DNA of 64,000 nucleotides from positions 1-64,000 of IMG/VR virus record IMGVR_UViG_2791355224_000001; one strand, written 5' to 3'. The translations under genes were made by a program, and so were the position numbers. This DNA comes from a virus (lineage: Duplodnaviria > Caudoviricetes). Shown in pieces: positions 27,900 through 37,051 of the stretch (its first letter is position 1; every line of letters starts with the position of its first letter). Under the pieces are notes generated by a model. It had not been told where the DNA came from and did no database searches. It saw only the letters and a program-made list of their open reading frames with translations.

Positions 27900-28838
27900 T
27901 TGGATATCCTACGTCACATTGAACACTATCCTTGGCGCAATCCCCGCTGGCACCCTCTAAAACTTGAAGCGAGCTCGCCATTTAGACCCGGGGACGACAC
28001 GCCGTCCTTCTCGGTTAACCTCGATCCATCTTCGGATAGATACGGGTGGTGGAACGACTGGGGCGCAAAGGAGAAACGTTGGCGTGCAGGCCCACCGGAA
28101 AAGTTGATAAGCTTTATTTTGAACATAACAGACGAGGAAGCGGCGGAACTCATTTACAAAGGCAGCCACGGAGACCTTGGCACATACATACACATTAGAC
28201 TCCCAGATCCAGATGCCAGGGTATGTAAGAAACCGTTAGACATAACTTTTGAACCGCAAGTCTCTGAATATTTGCTGAGCCGCGGAATCTCTGCGGAGGT
28301 ACAGCGCCTTCATCGGACAAGCTATGATCCGGCAGCAAAAGCGGTAATCTTGCCGTGGTGGGGAGTAGCGCCAACACCGGACGGTCAACGCTTGCTTAAC
28401 GTAAAGTACCGGTCGACCCGGGATAAGCGCTTCTGGTACGCTCGAAACGGGGCACCTATTCGCGATTTAATCTACGGAATTGACGTCGTGTACCAACGTA
28501 GTATTAAACGCGCAGCAATCGTAGAGGCAGAGATCGATGCGTTAACGTTATGTTCGATGGGAATACCTGCGATTGCAACCGGTGGCGCAGCGTTTAACGA
28601 GAAGAAGCGGGATTTGATCCTGCGCAGTCCAATCGAGGAGATCGTAATAGTCCGGGACAATGACGAAGCGGGCAGACGGTGGCGTAACGATGTTGTGAAC
28701 GCTTTACGAGGGAAGGTGCGGATAAGTATCGCTCTTGTGCTACGCGGATATAAGGACGTTAACGAGGCTAGAGGTGTGGGTGTTAGCAAAATACGAACAT
28801 TAGCTCCCGAATTTCCTTTTTTAAGGATGACAGTATGA
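27900..28838 (+). CDS. DNA primase (TOPRIM domain)
   Basis: SSPFR.DDTPSF, EYLLSRGI, IVEAEIDALT, DNDEAG, KDVNE. Confidence 0.88.
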   Translation: MDILRHIEHYPWRNPRWHPLKLEASSPFRPGDDTPSFSVNLDPSSDRYGWWNDWGAKEKRWRAGPPEKLISFILNITDEEAAELIYKGSHGDLGTYIHIRLPDPDARVCKKPLDITFEPQVSEYLLSRGISAEVQRLHRTSYDPAAKAVILPWWGVAPTPDGQRLLNVKYRSTRDKRFWYARNGAPIRDLIYGIDVVYQRSIKRAAIVEAEIDALTLCSMGIPAIATGGAAFNEKKRDLILRSPIEEIVIVRDNDEAGRRWRNDVVNALRGKVRISIALVLRGYKDVNEARGVGVSKIRTLAPEFPFLRMTV

Positions 28839-28931
28839 CGGAAATTGTCGTATAATGGAAATGGTTGAACAAATGGAAACTTTTACTCTAAGGCAAACCA
28901 AAAGTTCGCCTTCGCTGCGCCTATCTTTGAA

Positions 28932-29162
28932 CTACTTTCGCAGGATAACGTACAAGTCACGCGGGCTGTAGTTGCTACCTGTCTTCTCATTAATTATGTC
29001 AGTAATAATGATGGAGTTCAGATAGGAGATTTTAAGATTCCCGTTAGCATACTTTGATATTAATGCTTTGTTAATACCTGTGTAGTCCGCTAGAGTTTGT
29101 TGCTTCCAGTTGATTTCATTCAAGATTTCTATAAGGCGACAGCGACCGAGTTTAAACTCCAT
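28932..29162 (-). CDS. small HTH repressor divergent from the sigma-like gene
   Basis: CRLIEILNEINWKQQTLADYTGINKALISKYANG...PRDLY. Confidence 0.8.
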   Translation of the reverse strand: MEFKLGRCRLIEILNEINWKQQTLADYTGINKALISKYANGNLKISYLNSIIITDIINEKTGSNYSPRDLYVILRK

Positions 29163-29219
29163 CGTCTGCCTCCAGGATTAATTTCCATAAATTTATCTTA
29201 ACATATTTTTAGTAATATT

Positions 29220-29258
29220 TGTGCGAGTCTCAGTTTTACTTTCTATATAGAAGTATAA
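29220..29258 (+). promoter_or_regulatory. phage-specific promoter-like motif, copy C
   Basis: TGTGCG-N14-TTTCTATATAG directly upstream of the sigma-like gene. Confidence 0.55.
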
Positions 29259-29277
29259 GTCAAAAGGAGGTTTGCGA

Positions 29278-29871
29278 ATGGTCTTTGAGGATTATTTTAA
29301 CAAGTACCAACCTGCTGTAAAAGCAATTAGTCACGCAAGGAGCTTAAGGAGCCGTGTTCCCCGTGAGGAGTTTATCAGTTGCTTGAATGAGGAGTTATGG
29401 AGAGCTTTTCAAACATTCGATGAATCCAAGGGATGCTCGTTGAATGGTTGGGTAAATAGGCTCTTAGAACAAGCCGCTATTCGTCTTATTAAGTCTAAGG
29501 AAGGTAGTTACCACCGAAACGTATTTAACTTGATCGATGCGGACAAGAGTGAGGAACGGGGAAATAGCGCGCCAACGTTAGAGCCCTGCACTGAGCCAGA
29601 GTTCGTTGAGGAAAGAGTATTCCAAAGGATGCGAAAAAAAGAAGCCGACCAGCGCCAACTGATCGACTTCCTTATACACTCGGGACCTCCCGACGCCACG
29701 ACGACTGCTATCGTCGAAGCATTTAAAACAGCGCCAGCCAGCGCCTCGGATACCGCGATCGCCAAATCAATCGGTATCCATCATGAAACCGTTAAACGCA
29801 AGCTTCGCAAACTATCTCGCCGTTACGACGCCAATCGCTTCGGTGATTTAAACGAATATCTTGCAGTTTAA
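29278..29871 (+). CDS. sigma-factor-like protein
   Basis: region-2-like EELWRAFQTFDESKG.S..GW and C-terminal HTH TAIAKSIGIHHETVKRKL. Confidence 0.7.
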   Translation: MVFEDYFNKYQPAVKAISHARSLRSRVPREEFISCLNEELWRAFQTFDESKGCSLNGWVNRLLEQAAIRLIKSKEGSYHRNVFNLIDADKSEERGNSAPTLEPCTEPEFVEERVFQRMRKKEADQRQLIDFLIHSGPPDATTTAIVEAFKTAPASASDTAIAKSIGIHHETVKRKLRKLSRRYDANRFGDLNEYLAV

Positions 29872-30111
29872 CTAGGGTTAACGAGAACGGAGTTTCAGGC
29901 ACGAATCCGTTCTCGGCCCCACATTTAGTATAACACATTTTTAAAAGCATAAATCAAGAGGTAAAGATTACAGTGAATTGATTCTATATGTATAGTGTTG
30001 CCTAAATGTTTCCATTTATACTACTTTCGTTTTCAATCTTACGAAAAAAGTTTCGGGTTGTCAACGTTTATTTAAGTACGCCTAAATTACTTTTAACCGG
30101 AGGTTCCCGAT

Positions 30112-30294
30112 ATGAAACACGTTAATCATAAATATTTACGCAATAAAACGCATAAAGTTTCGGATTTATCCGCAGCCGAGCGCAGATGCCCGTCCGATAC
30201 CTTCCTATTATATAACGGTTCGTTCGAAGATTACGAAGATCCAGCGGATTACCTGCCGTATGGACATAGCGCGAAGGCGGTGCGTATCGCATGA
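30112..30294 (+). CDS. hypothetical protein
   Basis: GGAGG RBS + ATG; overlaps the next start. Confidence 0.55.
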   Translation: MKHVNHKYLRNKTHKVSDLSAAERRCPSDTFLLYNGSFEDYEDPADYLPYGHSAKAVRIA

Positions 30295-30848
30295 TCTGGA
30301 CGGTATCTATTCACGCGTCAAAACGAGTCAATGAACGTTTCGGCGTCAAGCCCGACACAGTTACCGAATGGGTGAACGAACGTATGGAGTCCGCAAGGTT
30401 CGTATGTAACTCGTTTGCGGATGACGGAAACGAAGCGCGGATGTTTGTAAACGGAAAGGTTATATTTTTCGTTGACCTTATCGAAAACCACGTCATGACG
30501 GTGAGATATGCGTCAATGCCGCGGTTTGCTACGGAGTGCTTGGTTGAGGTTGCGGCTAAAGAGCTTCGGAAGAAACAGGCTAAGGTTCTTGAGGCCGAGC
30601 GTGAGTTTGTACGCGCTAAAGCAGAACTTGAATCGGAAAAGATTGACCTACGACTCGCATTATTAAAAACGCGCTCCGAACAACGAGCTGCAGCACTTAG
30701 CGCAAGACTGAACGCGGTCGAACTAAGACTGCGCGAATTAGCGGCCGAGGTAAAACGGGAACGTCGCGAAGTCACATATCTCGCGGAAGGCATCGTATCG
30801 CTCTCCGTATCATATAAGCCGGAATCTACGCCGGCAGCGCGGTATTAA
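30291..30848 (+). CDS. hypothetical protein with S.HA..R..ER motif and coiled coil
   Basis: 185-aa ORF in operon orientation. Confidence 0.65.
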   Translation: MIWTVSIHASKRVNERFGVKPDTVTEWVNERMESARFVCNSFADDGNEARMFVNGKVIFFVDLIENHVMTVRYASMPRFATECLVEVAAKELRKKQAKVLEAEREFVRAKAELESEKIDLRLALLKTRSEQRAAALSARLNAVELRLRELAAEVKRERREVTYLAEGIVSLSVSYKPESTPAARY

Positions 30849-30854
30849 CGATTC

Positions 30855-30962
30855 TGGACGGGTCTCTTCTCGCTTCGCTAGTGGGAAGAGCCGCCGGGTG
30901 GGCCGACGTTAGTACCGTGCTGCGGACGTAGAAGATTGTCCGGACGCCCGGCGGAGCGTCGT
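30855..30962 (+). ncRNA. candidate structured RNA leader of the SSB gene
   Basis: CTCTTCTCGC/GTGGGAAGAG hairpin followed by a CCGCCGGGTG/CGCCCGGCGG long-range stem enclosing further hairpins. Confidence 0.5.
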
Positions 30963-31002
30963 AAGTTATCCGACTATTCATATTGAAAAGGAACGTGATC
31001 GA

Positions 31003-31794
31003 ATGTCTATGTTTACGAAGGTTGGCGCAGCAGCGGTGGCCGCAACGAACAACGACGGGGGCACGAAGGAAAGTCCGATCACCTCGTTCAAGTCCGGCTC
31101 ATCGTATAAGGTCGGCGTCAAGTCCATCGAAGACGTCGCGGAGTACTACGGCTACAGCGTTTTTAAGAAAGTAAACACGTTCGTGCCGAAGAATCCGGCC
31201 ACACGCAATGCCCGCGGCTTCATCGACGCGAATCCGACCGTATGGGATCGCGCTGCGGAATTGCTCTACGCTGACGCTAAAGCCGCGAAGGATGCCGGCG
31301 CCAGTGAGGACGCAGTCAAGAAGATCACGGACGAAGCGTATCTGTATCGCGGCAAGCAGCGGTTTCTACGCGCATTCTTCGACCTAACGACCGGCAAAGA
31401 TATCGTAGTCGACTTGAGCCCGAAACAAGAGAAGACGCTTAAGGCCGTAATCGAAAAGTATGCGAAGAAGCTCGGTAGCATTGCGTTCGAGCTGACGAAG
31501 ACCGGTTCGAGTACGAATGCGGTTGTCGCGCTGTCTCCGATCATTGATATGGACGAAGACCTAACGGAAGCCGAGCGTGCTAACTTCGCCAAAGTCGGAG
31601 AGAAGCCGTTCGACCTGGCGGAGTTTGAGACGTGCTTGTACGTTGCCGACGAAGAGGAGCAAACGAAGAATCTCGTTGTCGCCGGCTTCGATATCGCGCG
31701 ACTCGGCTTGTCGATCGGAGCAGCAGCGTCAAGCTCCGCACATTCAACGGTAGAGGGCCCGATCGATATCTCCGAAGATGATTTGCCGTTTTAA
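31003..31794 (+). CDS. single-stranded DNA-binding protein (phage type)
   Basis: acidic C-terminal tail DISEDDLPF; located in the replication module. Confidence 0.75.
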   Translation: MSMFTKVGAAAVAATNNDGGTKESPITSFKSGSSYKVGVKSIEDVAEYYGYSVFKKVNTFVPKNPATRNARGFIDANPTVWDRAAELLYADAKAAKDAGASEDAVKKITDEAYLYRGKQRFLRAFFDLTTGKDIVVDLSPKQEKTLKAVIEKYAKKLGSIAFELTKTGSSTNAVVALSPIIDMDEDLTEAERANFAKVGEKPFDLAEFETCLYVADEEEQTKNLVVAGFDIARLGLSIGAAASSSAHSTVEGPIDISEDDLPF

Positions 31795-31830
31795 GCCGAA
31801 CACCAAACAATAACGAAGGGAAGCGGTAAT

Positions 31831-32289
31831 ATCGCACACATAAACGAAGTTAAAGGGAAGCACTCGGAAATGACGGCTCGGCTCGCACTCATGTCTAACG
31901 GATGGACGGTAGCCACAACGGACACGGACGAGTCGTTCGATATCGTGGCACGAGATCCGGTTAGCCGCGCATGGAAAACGTTCCAAGTTAAGACGATTAA
32001 GGTGCGGACAGACCGACGCGGCGATCTCGTGGTTAACGGACGAAAAGGTAACGGAGAGCCGTATACGCTATCCGAGACTGATTACTTTATCGGTGTCATG
32101 GGATCGGAAGATGGCGGGTTGCCTACGGTCTACGTATTCGAGAACAACGAGCAATCTGAGTACTGGGCGACGGAGACAAGCGCCGAGCGACGCTGGGTTC
32201 GCTTGCCGATCGAGTTGGACCGTGCTACTTACGCGGTAAACGTTGGTGAAACGGAGTTGGCGGGACCGACGGATTATATCGCGGCTTAG
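31831..32289 (+). CDS. PD-(D/E)XK endonuclease (probable ATC start)
   Basis: KG..SE...FDIVARD...FQVKT; RBS-like GAAGGGAAG 7 nt before ATC. Confidence 0.7.
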   Translation: MAHINEVKGKHSEMTARLALMSNGWTVATTDTDESFDIVARDPVSRAWKTFQVKTIKVRTDRRGDLVVNGRKGNGEPYTLSETDYFIGVMGSEDGGLPTVYVFENNEQSEYWATETSAERRWVRLPIELDRATYAVNVGETELAGPTDYIAA

Positions 32290-32350
32290 TAACGGTAGCT
32301 ACGCAATTCCAAATAAACGCGCCTACGAGCGCCCAAAGGAGACCGATTAA

Positions 32351-33592
32351 ATGGCGAAATTGAACGTAGTAATTCCGAATGTGGACGTAGAGGTAAGAGG
32401 CGAAGACGGTAAATCCGTTAAGTACCGCAAAGTTGACCGCAAGCCGCGGGCGGGCGATATCATAAAGTTTACTGCATATGCGACTTCATTCGTACATGAG
32501 GGAGCGTTCTACCTCGTTGATGAAATTGACGCGTGTGGTGACGCACAGATTACTGATGAAGACGGCGATAGTTACGATACGGCGGGGGACAGTTTTGATG
32601 TCTACGAAAAGGTAGCGGAGCAGTCGCAAATTGCGCGAATTCCTGAACGCCTGAAAGTCGGGGATTACGCGAAGGTAGTCGCAGACCAAAAAACCAGCGA
32701 GGACGATCCGATTTCATCTAACGCGAGGGTCGGAGATATCGTCGAGGTTATCGAGATGGACTCGTCCGCTGTTCCGTATAGAGTACGAACAATCGTCGGG
32801 CATATCGTAGGCGGAACAGCTTGGGCGCGCCCATTCGCACTCGTCCGAGCAACCGAAGCGGAAGTCGCCGCAGCTAAAGACGCGCTTGACCCACGCAATG
32901 AATTTGCAGTTGGCGATAAGGTGCGGCTGGTTAGCGGAGGCGACAAGCACCCACTAAACGGATTTATGGACGGAGAGATCTACGAAGTTAAAGATCCCAA
33001 GTGTTCACTACACAGTGGCGAGAGAATCCGTATTACTAAGCCGACTGGCGGAGCAGGATACGCCAAGCCGGACCAACTCGAAAAGGTCAGCGCAGAGGAA
33101 TTGGCGGAGATCGAACGTAAGAAGCTTCTCGCACAGTTTGCTCCGGGCGATACGGTTAAGCTTACGGTCCCTGACGGAAAACGTCCTCGGTACAGTTGGG
33201 GCAGCGTAGAGAACGGAGACGTTGGAACGATACGTCGCGTAGAGGATACACGTGTCATTGTTGACTTTCCGGCGCAGTCAATTTGGAACGCAGATCCTTC
33301 GGAGTTAACGAAACTCTCTGCGGAAGAAGCTGCTCAGCACGAAGAGGAAGCGCGTTGGTCGAAGATCGGGCGTAAGGTGAACGAGTATAAGGCGGGCGAT
33401 TTGACGGTTCTTCCGGGCTGCCTACACTTAGGCTTCGCAGAGGTGCTCCGCATAGAAGGCGATAGAATTGTCGTTAAATGGGCGGATAAAACCGGATATG
33501 GTACTTGTACGGACCGCGCGTCAAGCCACCGCCTGATCGTTCCGGTCGAACAGCGCTTTGACCGCACCGAGCCCGAAAAGAACGCAGCTTAA
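32351..33592 (+). CDS. multi SH3/KOW-like repeat protein
   Basis: repeated (V/A/P)GD.V.V modules; paralogous to 41976-42836. Confidence 0.7.
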   Translation: MAKLNVVIPNVDVEVRGEDGKSVKYRKVDRKPRAGDIIKFTAYATSFVHEGAFYLVDEIDACGDAQITDEDGDSYDTAGDSFDVYEKVAEQSQIARIPERLKVGDYAKVVADQKTSEDDPISSNARVGDIVEVIEMDSSAVPYRVRTIVGHIVGGTAWARPFALVRATEAEVAAAKDALDPRNEFAVGDKVRLVSGGDKHPLNGFMDGEIYEVKDPKCSLHSGERIRITKPTGGAGYAKPDQLEKVSAEELAEIERKKLLAQFAPGDTVKLTVPDGKRPRYSWGSVENGDVGTIRRVEDTRVIVDFPAQSIWNADPSELTKLSAEEAAQHEEEARWSKIGRKVNEYKAGDLTVLPGCLHLGFAEVLRIEGDRIVVKWADKTGYGTCTDRASSHRLIVPVEQRFDRTEPEKNAA

Positions 33593-33613
33593 TAAACCGG
33601 GAGGTGGCGTACT

Positions 33614-36442
33614 TTGGACGTTAAATTAACGCTAAATCTTCGCTCGCCGACCGTTGATGACGCCGCAGCCGAACGCGTTAAGGACGCAGCCAAACGCAAG
33701 AAAGCGGCGGAAGAGACGCCGGCCGAAGCAGTTGAACGCATTAGTCGCATGTCACTAACGGACCGCGAGCGTCAACTCGTAAATGCCGTAATTGAGACGG
33801 GTAAAACAGGCAATTATCCGTCTCTCCGCTCCGGCGGTGGGCAAGTCACGAAAGCGGACGTCATTGCGGCAGGACAGCGAATACTTGCGGAGCAACAATC
33901 GGCCGAACGTGCGGAGAGGATTGCGGAGACGCTGCGGACGAAACCGGATAACTTTTACGTGATTACTGACGACGCGGAGCTGCCGCGAATGGTTGAACGA
34001 TTGCGTGAAGAGGTGCGGCTGCAGGGCGGCGACGAGTGGTTCGCGAAGGTGTTCGCGCTTTTTAACAATACGCTGATTAAACGGAAGCTGGCTGAACGCG
34101 GCATAACGATTCCCGACGCGCAGTCCTTGACCGTTTGGGATACGGAGACATCCGGCGTTGATAAAATGATCGACCTGACCGGCGGTTACTCCGTGTGGCT
34201 TCCGCTTTTGAACGAAGGTTATTACGTAGCTTACGGGCACTTAACGGGCGAGAAGCAGTGTACGCGGTCGGCGGCCCTTGGCGCGATCGAGCGTTTTATG
34301 TCGCTTCCTTCGCAGATTAAATCGTTCCACAACGCGCCGTTTGACTTGGCGATGTTGCTTAATGACGGACTCAAGCCGCAAGGTATCCGATATGACTCGC
34401 TCGAAGCTATGCGGACGCTTAACGATCATGAACCTACGTACAGTCTGAAACCGCTGATAACGAAGTACAAGGCAGCAATCGGCGTCGACTGCCCGGACTT
34501 TACGTTTGAGGACCTGTTTCAGAACGAGTCGCCTATGATTCATCCGATCGAACTCGTCGGAATATACGCGATATGGGACGTACTTAAAGGTTGGTGGCTT
34601 ACGCGCTGGCAGATCGATAACCTTATTGCGACGGATAACCTGGCGACCGCATACTTCGAGATTGGGCAGTATCTAACGGAAGTCAACGTTAATATCGAGC
34701 GTACAGGCTTCGTCATTGACTTGGACGGACTCAAAGCGCTGGGCGATGAGCTGCGGCCGAGACTTGCGCAGGCTCAGGCGGACGTCGCGAAGGAATACGG
34801 CGTTAACGATCCGGCGTTTATCCGTAAGATGGACCGCACACTTAATGCGAAGAAGATTGCGGATTGGATCGAGTCCCAGCGTAAGAGGATCGTCCGTAAC
34901 GAGGAAGCGAAGCGGAAACAGCGTGCAACTATTGCGGAGTGTGAAGCGACCGGCAAAACGACGCTTAAGAAATATACGAGCGCTGTCGCCAAGCTTGCGG
35001 AGTTGGAAGCGGAGGTCCTTGCGCCGGCTGACGAGGAACATGCGCCGCTATTTATCGAGGAGTTTTCGTTCACGAACGACAACCATCTGCGCTATCTGAT
35101 TTACGATCACCTCGGAATCACGGATCGTACGAAGCAAATCGTCAAGGACAAATCGAAGGTACGCGCGGTGTCAAAGGACGTGCTCGACCGTTACTTTGAG
35201 GAAGAGGAAGCACTCAAGCCACTCGCACTCGTATCTGCGTATGAGAAGCTGCTCGGCACGTACATCGATAAGATTCCGGAGGCGCTCGACGTTGACGGTC
35301 GTTTACACACGCAGCTCGATACCGTTTCAACCGGGCGGTATAGCTCGAAGGGGTACTCGGGTAAGCCGAATGATTTGCGGCCGGAGTCCGTAACTGATAC
35401 GAATTATTTAGCGGCTATGCGTGCGTTGGTCGATTGTGGTGAGAAGAAAGTCGCGAAAGGAACCAACGTCCAGAACATTCCGGCGCGCACGAAAGAGGGC
35501 GAGAAGGTCCGGACCATGTTCATTCCTCCGTCAGGCCGTCTGTTCCTCGGCAGCGACCTCTCGTCCATTGAGCCGCGGCTACAGGCGCACAAAATGGAGA
35601 CGGAACACGGTGATCCAACCTTTGCGGATATGTACCGGGCCGGTCTCGATCCATACGTCGAGTTTGCATCCATGATGTTCGATGTGCCTCGCGAGTTATG
35701 CTTCGAGAGTGCGTATAAAGCCGGGCTTACTTCGATTCCTTACCGTAAGCTGACGAAGGATATGTTTCTCGCGAAAGGTTACGGCCAGGCCGAAGACCAG
35801 TTCGTTAAGACTGCGGTTAAGCGCGGTGTCACGGAGGAACAAGCGAAGCGCGCCTATGCGAAGTTCGACGAAATCCTGCCCGGCTTTAGTACGATGGTTA
35901 ACGCCTCGTTCGAACACTTGCGGGAACACGGATGGACGCAGACACTATGGGGACAGAAGCGCAGATTCCCGGAATATCGAAAGAATTGGCAGCGTCTTTG
36001 CGTATTGATGAAGCGAGCTGGCATTCGCGATAAGAACGATCTGGAGCTCGGCAAGAAGACGTACAAGCTTTCACCGGCGGATCGCAACGAATTCTGGCAG
36101 CTTATCCGCTTAACCGGACGTGATGAGCGGGCGGCGTTCAATCACGAAGTTCAAGGCTCGGGCGCGAACGTTCTTAAATTCTGCATGATCCGCGGCTATT
36201 ACGAGTTAACGCTTGGTCGCGGATGGGAGTTTACGTTGACTTTGCACGACGAGCAGAAACACGCCGCGCCGATCGAGCAGGTAACGCCGGAAGCTGTTGC
36301 GCTGTATACCGACATTATGACGAATACGGTTACGCTTGCCTGTCCGCTTGAGTGTGATACGGTGATCGAACCGCGTTGGATGAAAGAGTACCGCGCTGAC
36401 GCGTGGGATTTTGATAAACAGAAACCGAAGGAGGCTGCGTAA
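33614..36442 (+). CDS. polA: family A DNA polymerase with 3'-5' exonuclease
   Basis: ExoI WDTETSG, ExoII HNAPFDL; motif A DLSSIEPR, motif B RKLTKDMFLAKGYG, motif C LHDE. Confidence 0.93.
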   Translation: MDVKLTLNLRSPTVDDAAAERVKDAAKRKKAAEETPAEAVERISRMSLTDRERQLVNAVIETGKTGNYPSLRSGGGQVTKADVIAAGQRILAEQQSAERAERIAETLRTKPDNFYVITDDAELPRMVERLREEVRLQGGDEWFAKVFALFNNTLIKRKLAERGITIPDAQSLTVWDTETSGVDKMIDLTGGYSVWLPLLNEGYYVAYGHLTGEKQCTRSAALGAIERFMSLPSQIKSFHNAPFDLAMLLNDGLKPQGIRYDSLEAMRTLNDHEPTYSLKPLITKYKAAIGVDCPDFTFEDLFQNESPMIHPIELVGIYAIWDVLKGWWLTRWQIDNLIATDNLATAYFEIGQYLTEVNVNIERTGFVIDLDGLKALGDELRPRLAQAQADVAKEYGVNDPAFIRKMDRTLNAKKIADWIESQRKRIVRNEEAKRKQRATIAECEATGKTTLKKYTSAVAKLAELEAEVLAPADEEHAPLFIEEFSFTNDNHLRYLIYDHLGITDRTKQIVKDKSKVRAVSKDVLDRYFEEEEALKPLALVSAYEKLLGTYIDKIPEALDVDGRLHTQLDTVSTGRYSSKGYSGKPNDLRPESVTDTNYLAAMRALVDCGEKKVAKGTNVQNIPARTKEGEKVRTMFIPPSGRLFLGSDLSSIEPRLQAHKMETEHGDPTFADMYRAGLDPYVEFASMMFDVPRELCFESAYKAGLTSIPYRKLTKDMFLAKGYGQAEDQFVKTAVKRGVTEEQAKRAYAKFDEILPGFSTMVNASFEHLREHGWTQTLWGQKRRFPEYRKNWQRLCVLMKRAGIRDKNDLELGKKTYKLSPADRNEFWQLIRLTGRDERAAFNHEVQGSGANVLKFCMIRGYYELTLGRGWEFTLTLHDEQKHAAPIEQVTPEAVALYTDIMTNTVTLACPLECDTVIEPRWMKEYRADAWDFDKQKPKEAA

Positions 36443-36790
36443 ATGGAAAACGTTATTGCAAAGTTGCGCGAGTTGATTGGAGATGAATACGAGGGTCAGG
36501 CGTGGGACGAAACGCATGAGGCGGTTGACGTGATACTTGGCGCATACAAACCTGAAGGTTATGCGGTTGGGTGCGTAGATGAGGAGTTCGAGGACGGCGG
36601 TAGATGGACGAACTTTAAGACAAACGTATATCGCGTTGAGCAGCCGGACGGACAGGTATCGCATTTCCGTATCTGCCGCGAAGTTCCTGCGACCGAGTGC
36701 CAAGAAGGCGGCGACTTTTGTGTGAGTATTGACGAAGTCGTCCCGGAAGAAGTCACAGTTATTAAATACATTTCCGCGAGGGCTGCGTAA
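36443..36790 (+). CDS. hypothetical acidic phage protein
   Basis: coupled to polA through the KEAA-encoded RBS. Confidence 0.7.
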   Translation: MENVIAKLRELIGDEYEGQAWDETHEAVDVILGAYKPEGYAVGCVDEEFEDGGRWTNFKTNVYRVEQPDGQVSHFRICREVPATECQEGGDFCVSIDEVVPEEVTVIKYISARAA

Positions 36791-37042
36791 ATGACAACGG
36801 GAAAAGTGATTGACTTAATTGATGCAGCAATTGAAGAGGCCGAGCATAATCCGGATATTGAGGGGGAGGACGTTCTCGTTCACGCGGTGAATGCGGTACG
36901 CGAGCGGTTTGGTATTACTTGTAATTACGCTTATTGCGGCGGCTTCGATAGCGCAGGATACGACATTGACTGCTACGCGATCGCATTCGTCACGTCCAAC
37001 GGAGAACTCGGAATATACGATTATCAAATCGAAAGCTATTAG
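36791..37042 (+). CDS. hypothetical phage protein
   Basis: 83 aa, adjacent to the upstream stop. Confidence 0.65.
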   Translation: MTTGKVIDLIDAAIEEAEHNPDIEGEDVLVHAVNAVRERFGITCNYAYCGGFDSAGYDIDCYAIAFVTSNGELGIYDYQIESY

Positions 37043-37051
37043 GAGGCGGCC

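Noticed and set aside
33614-36442. Intein or intron in the long PolA
   Set aside because: No intein splice-junction or LAGLIDADG motifs seen and the frame is continuous; the extra length is N-terminal and coiled-coil insertions.
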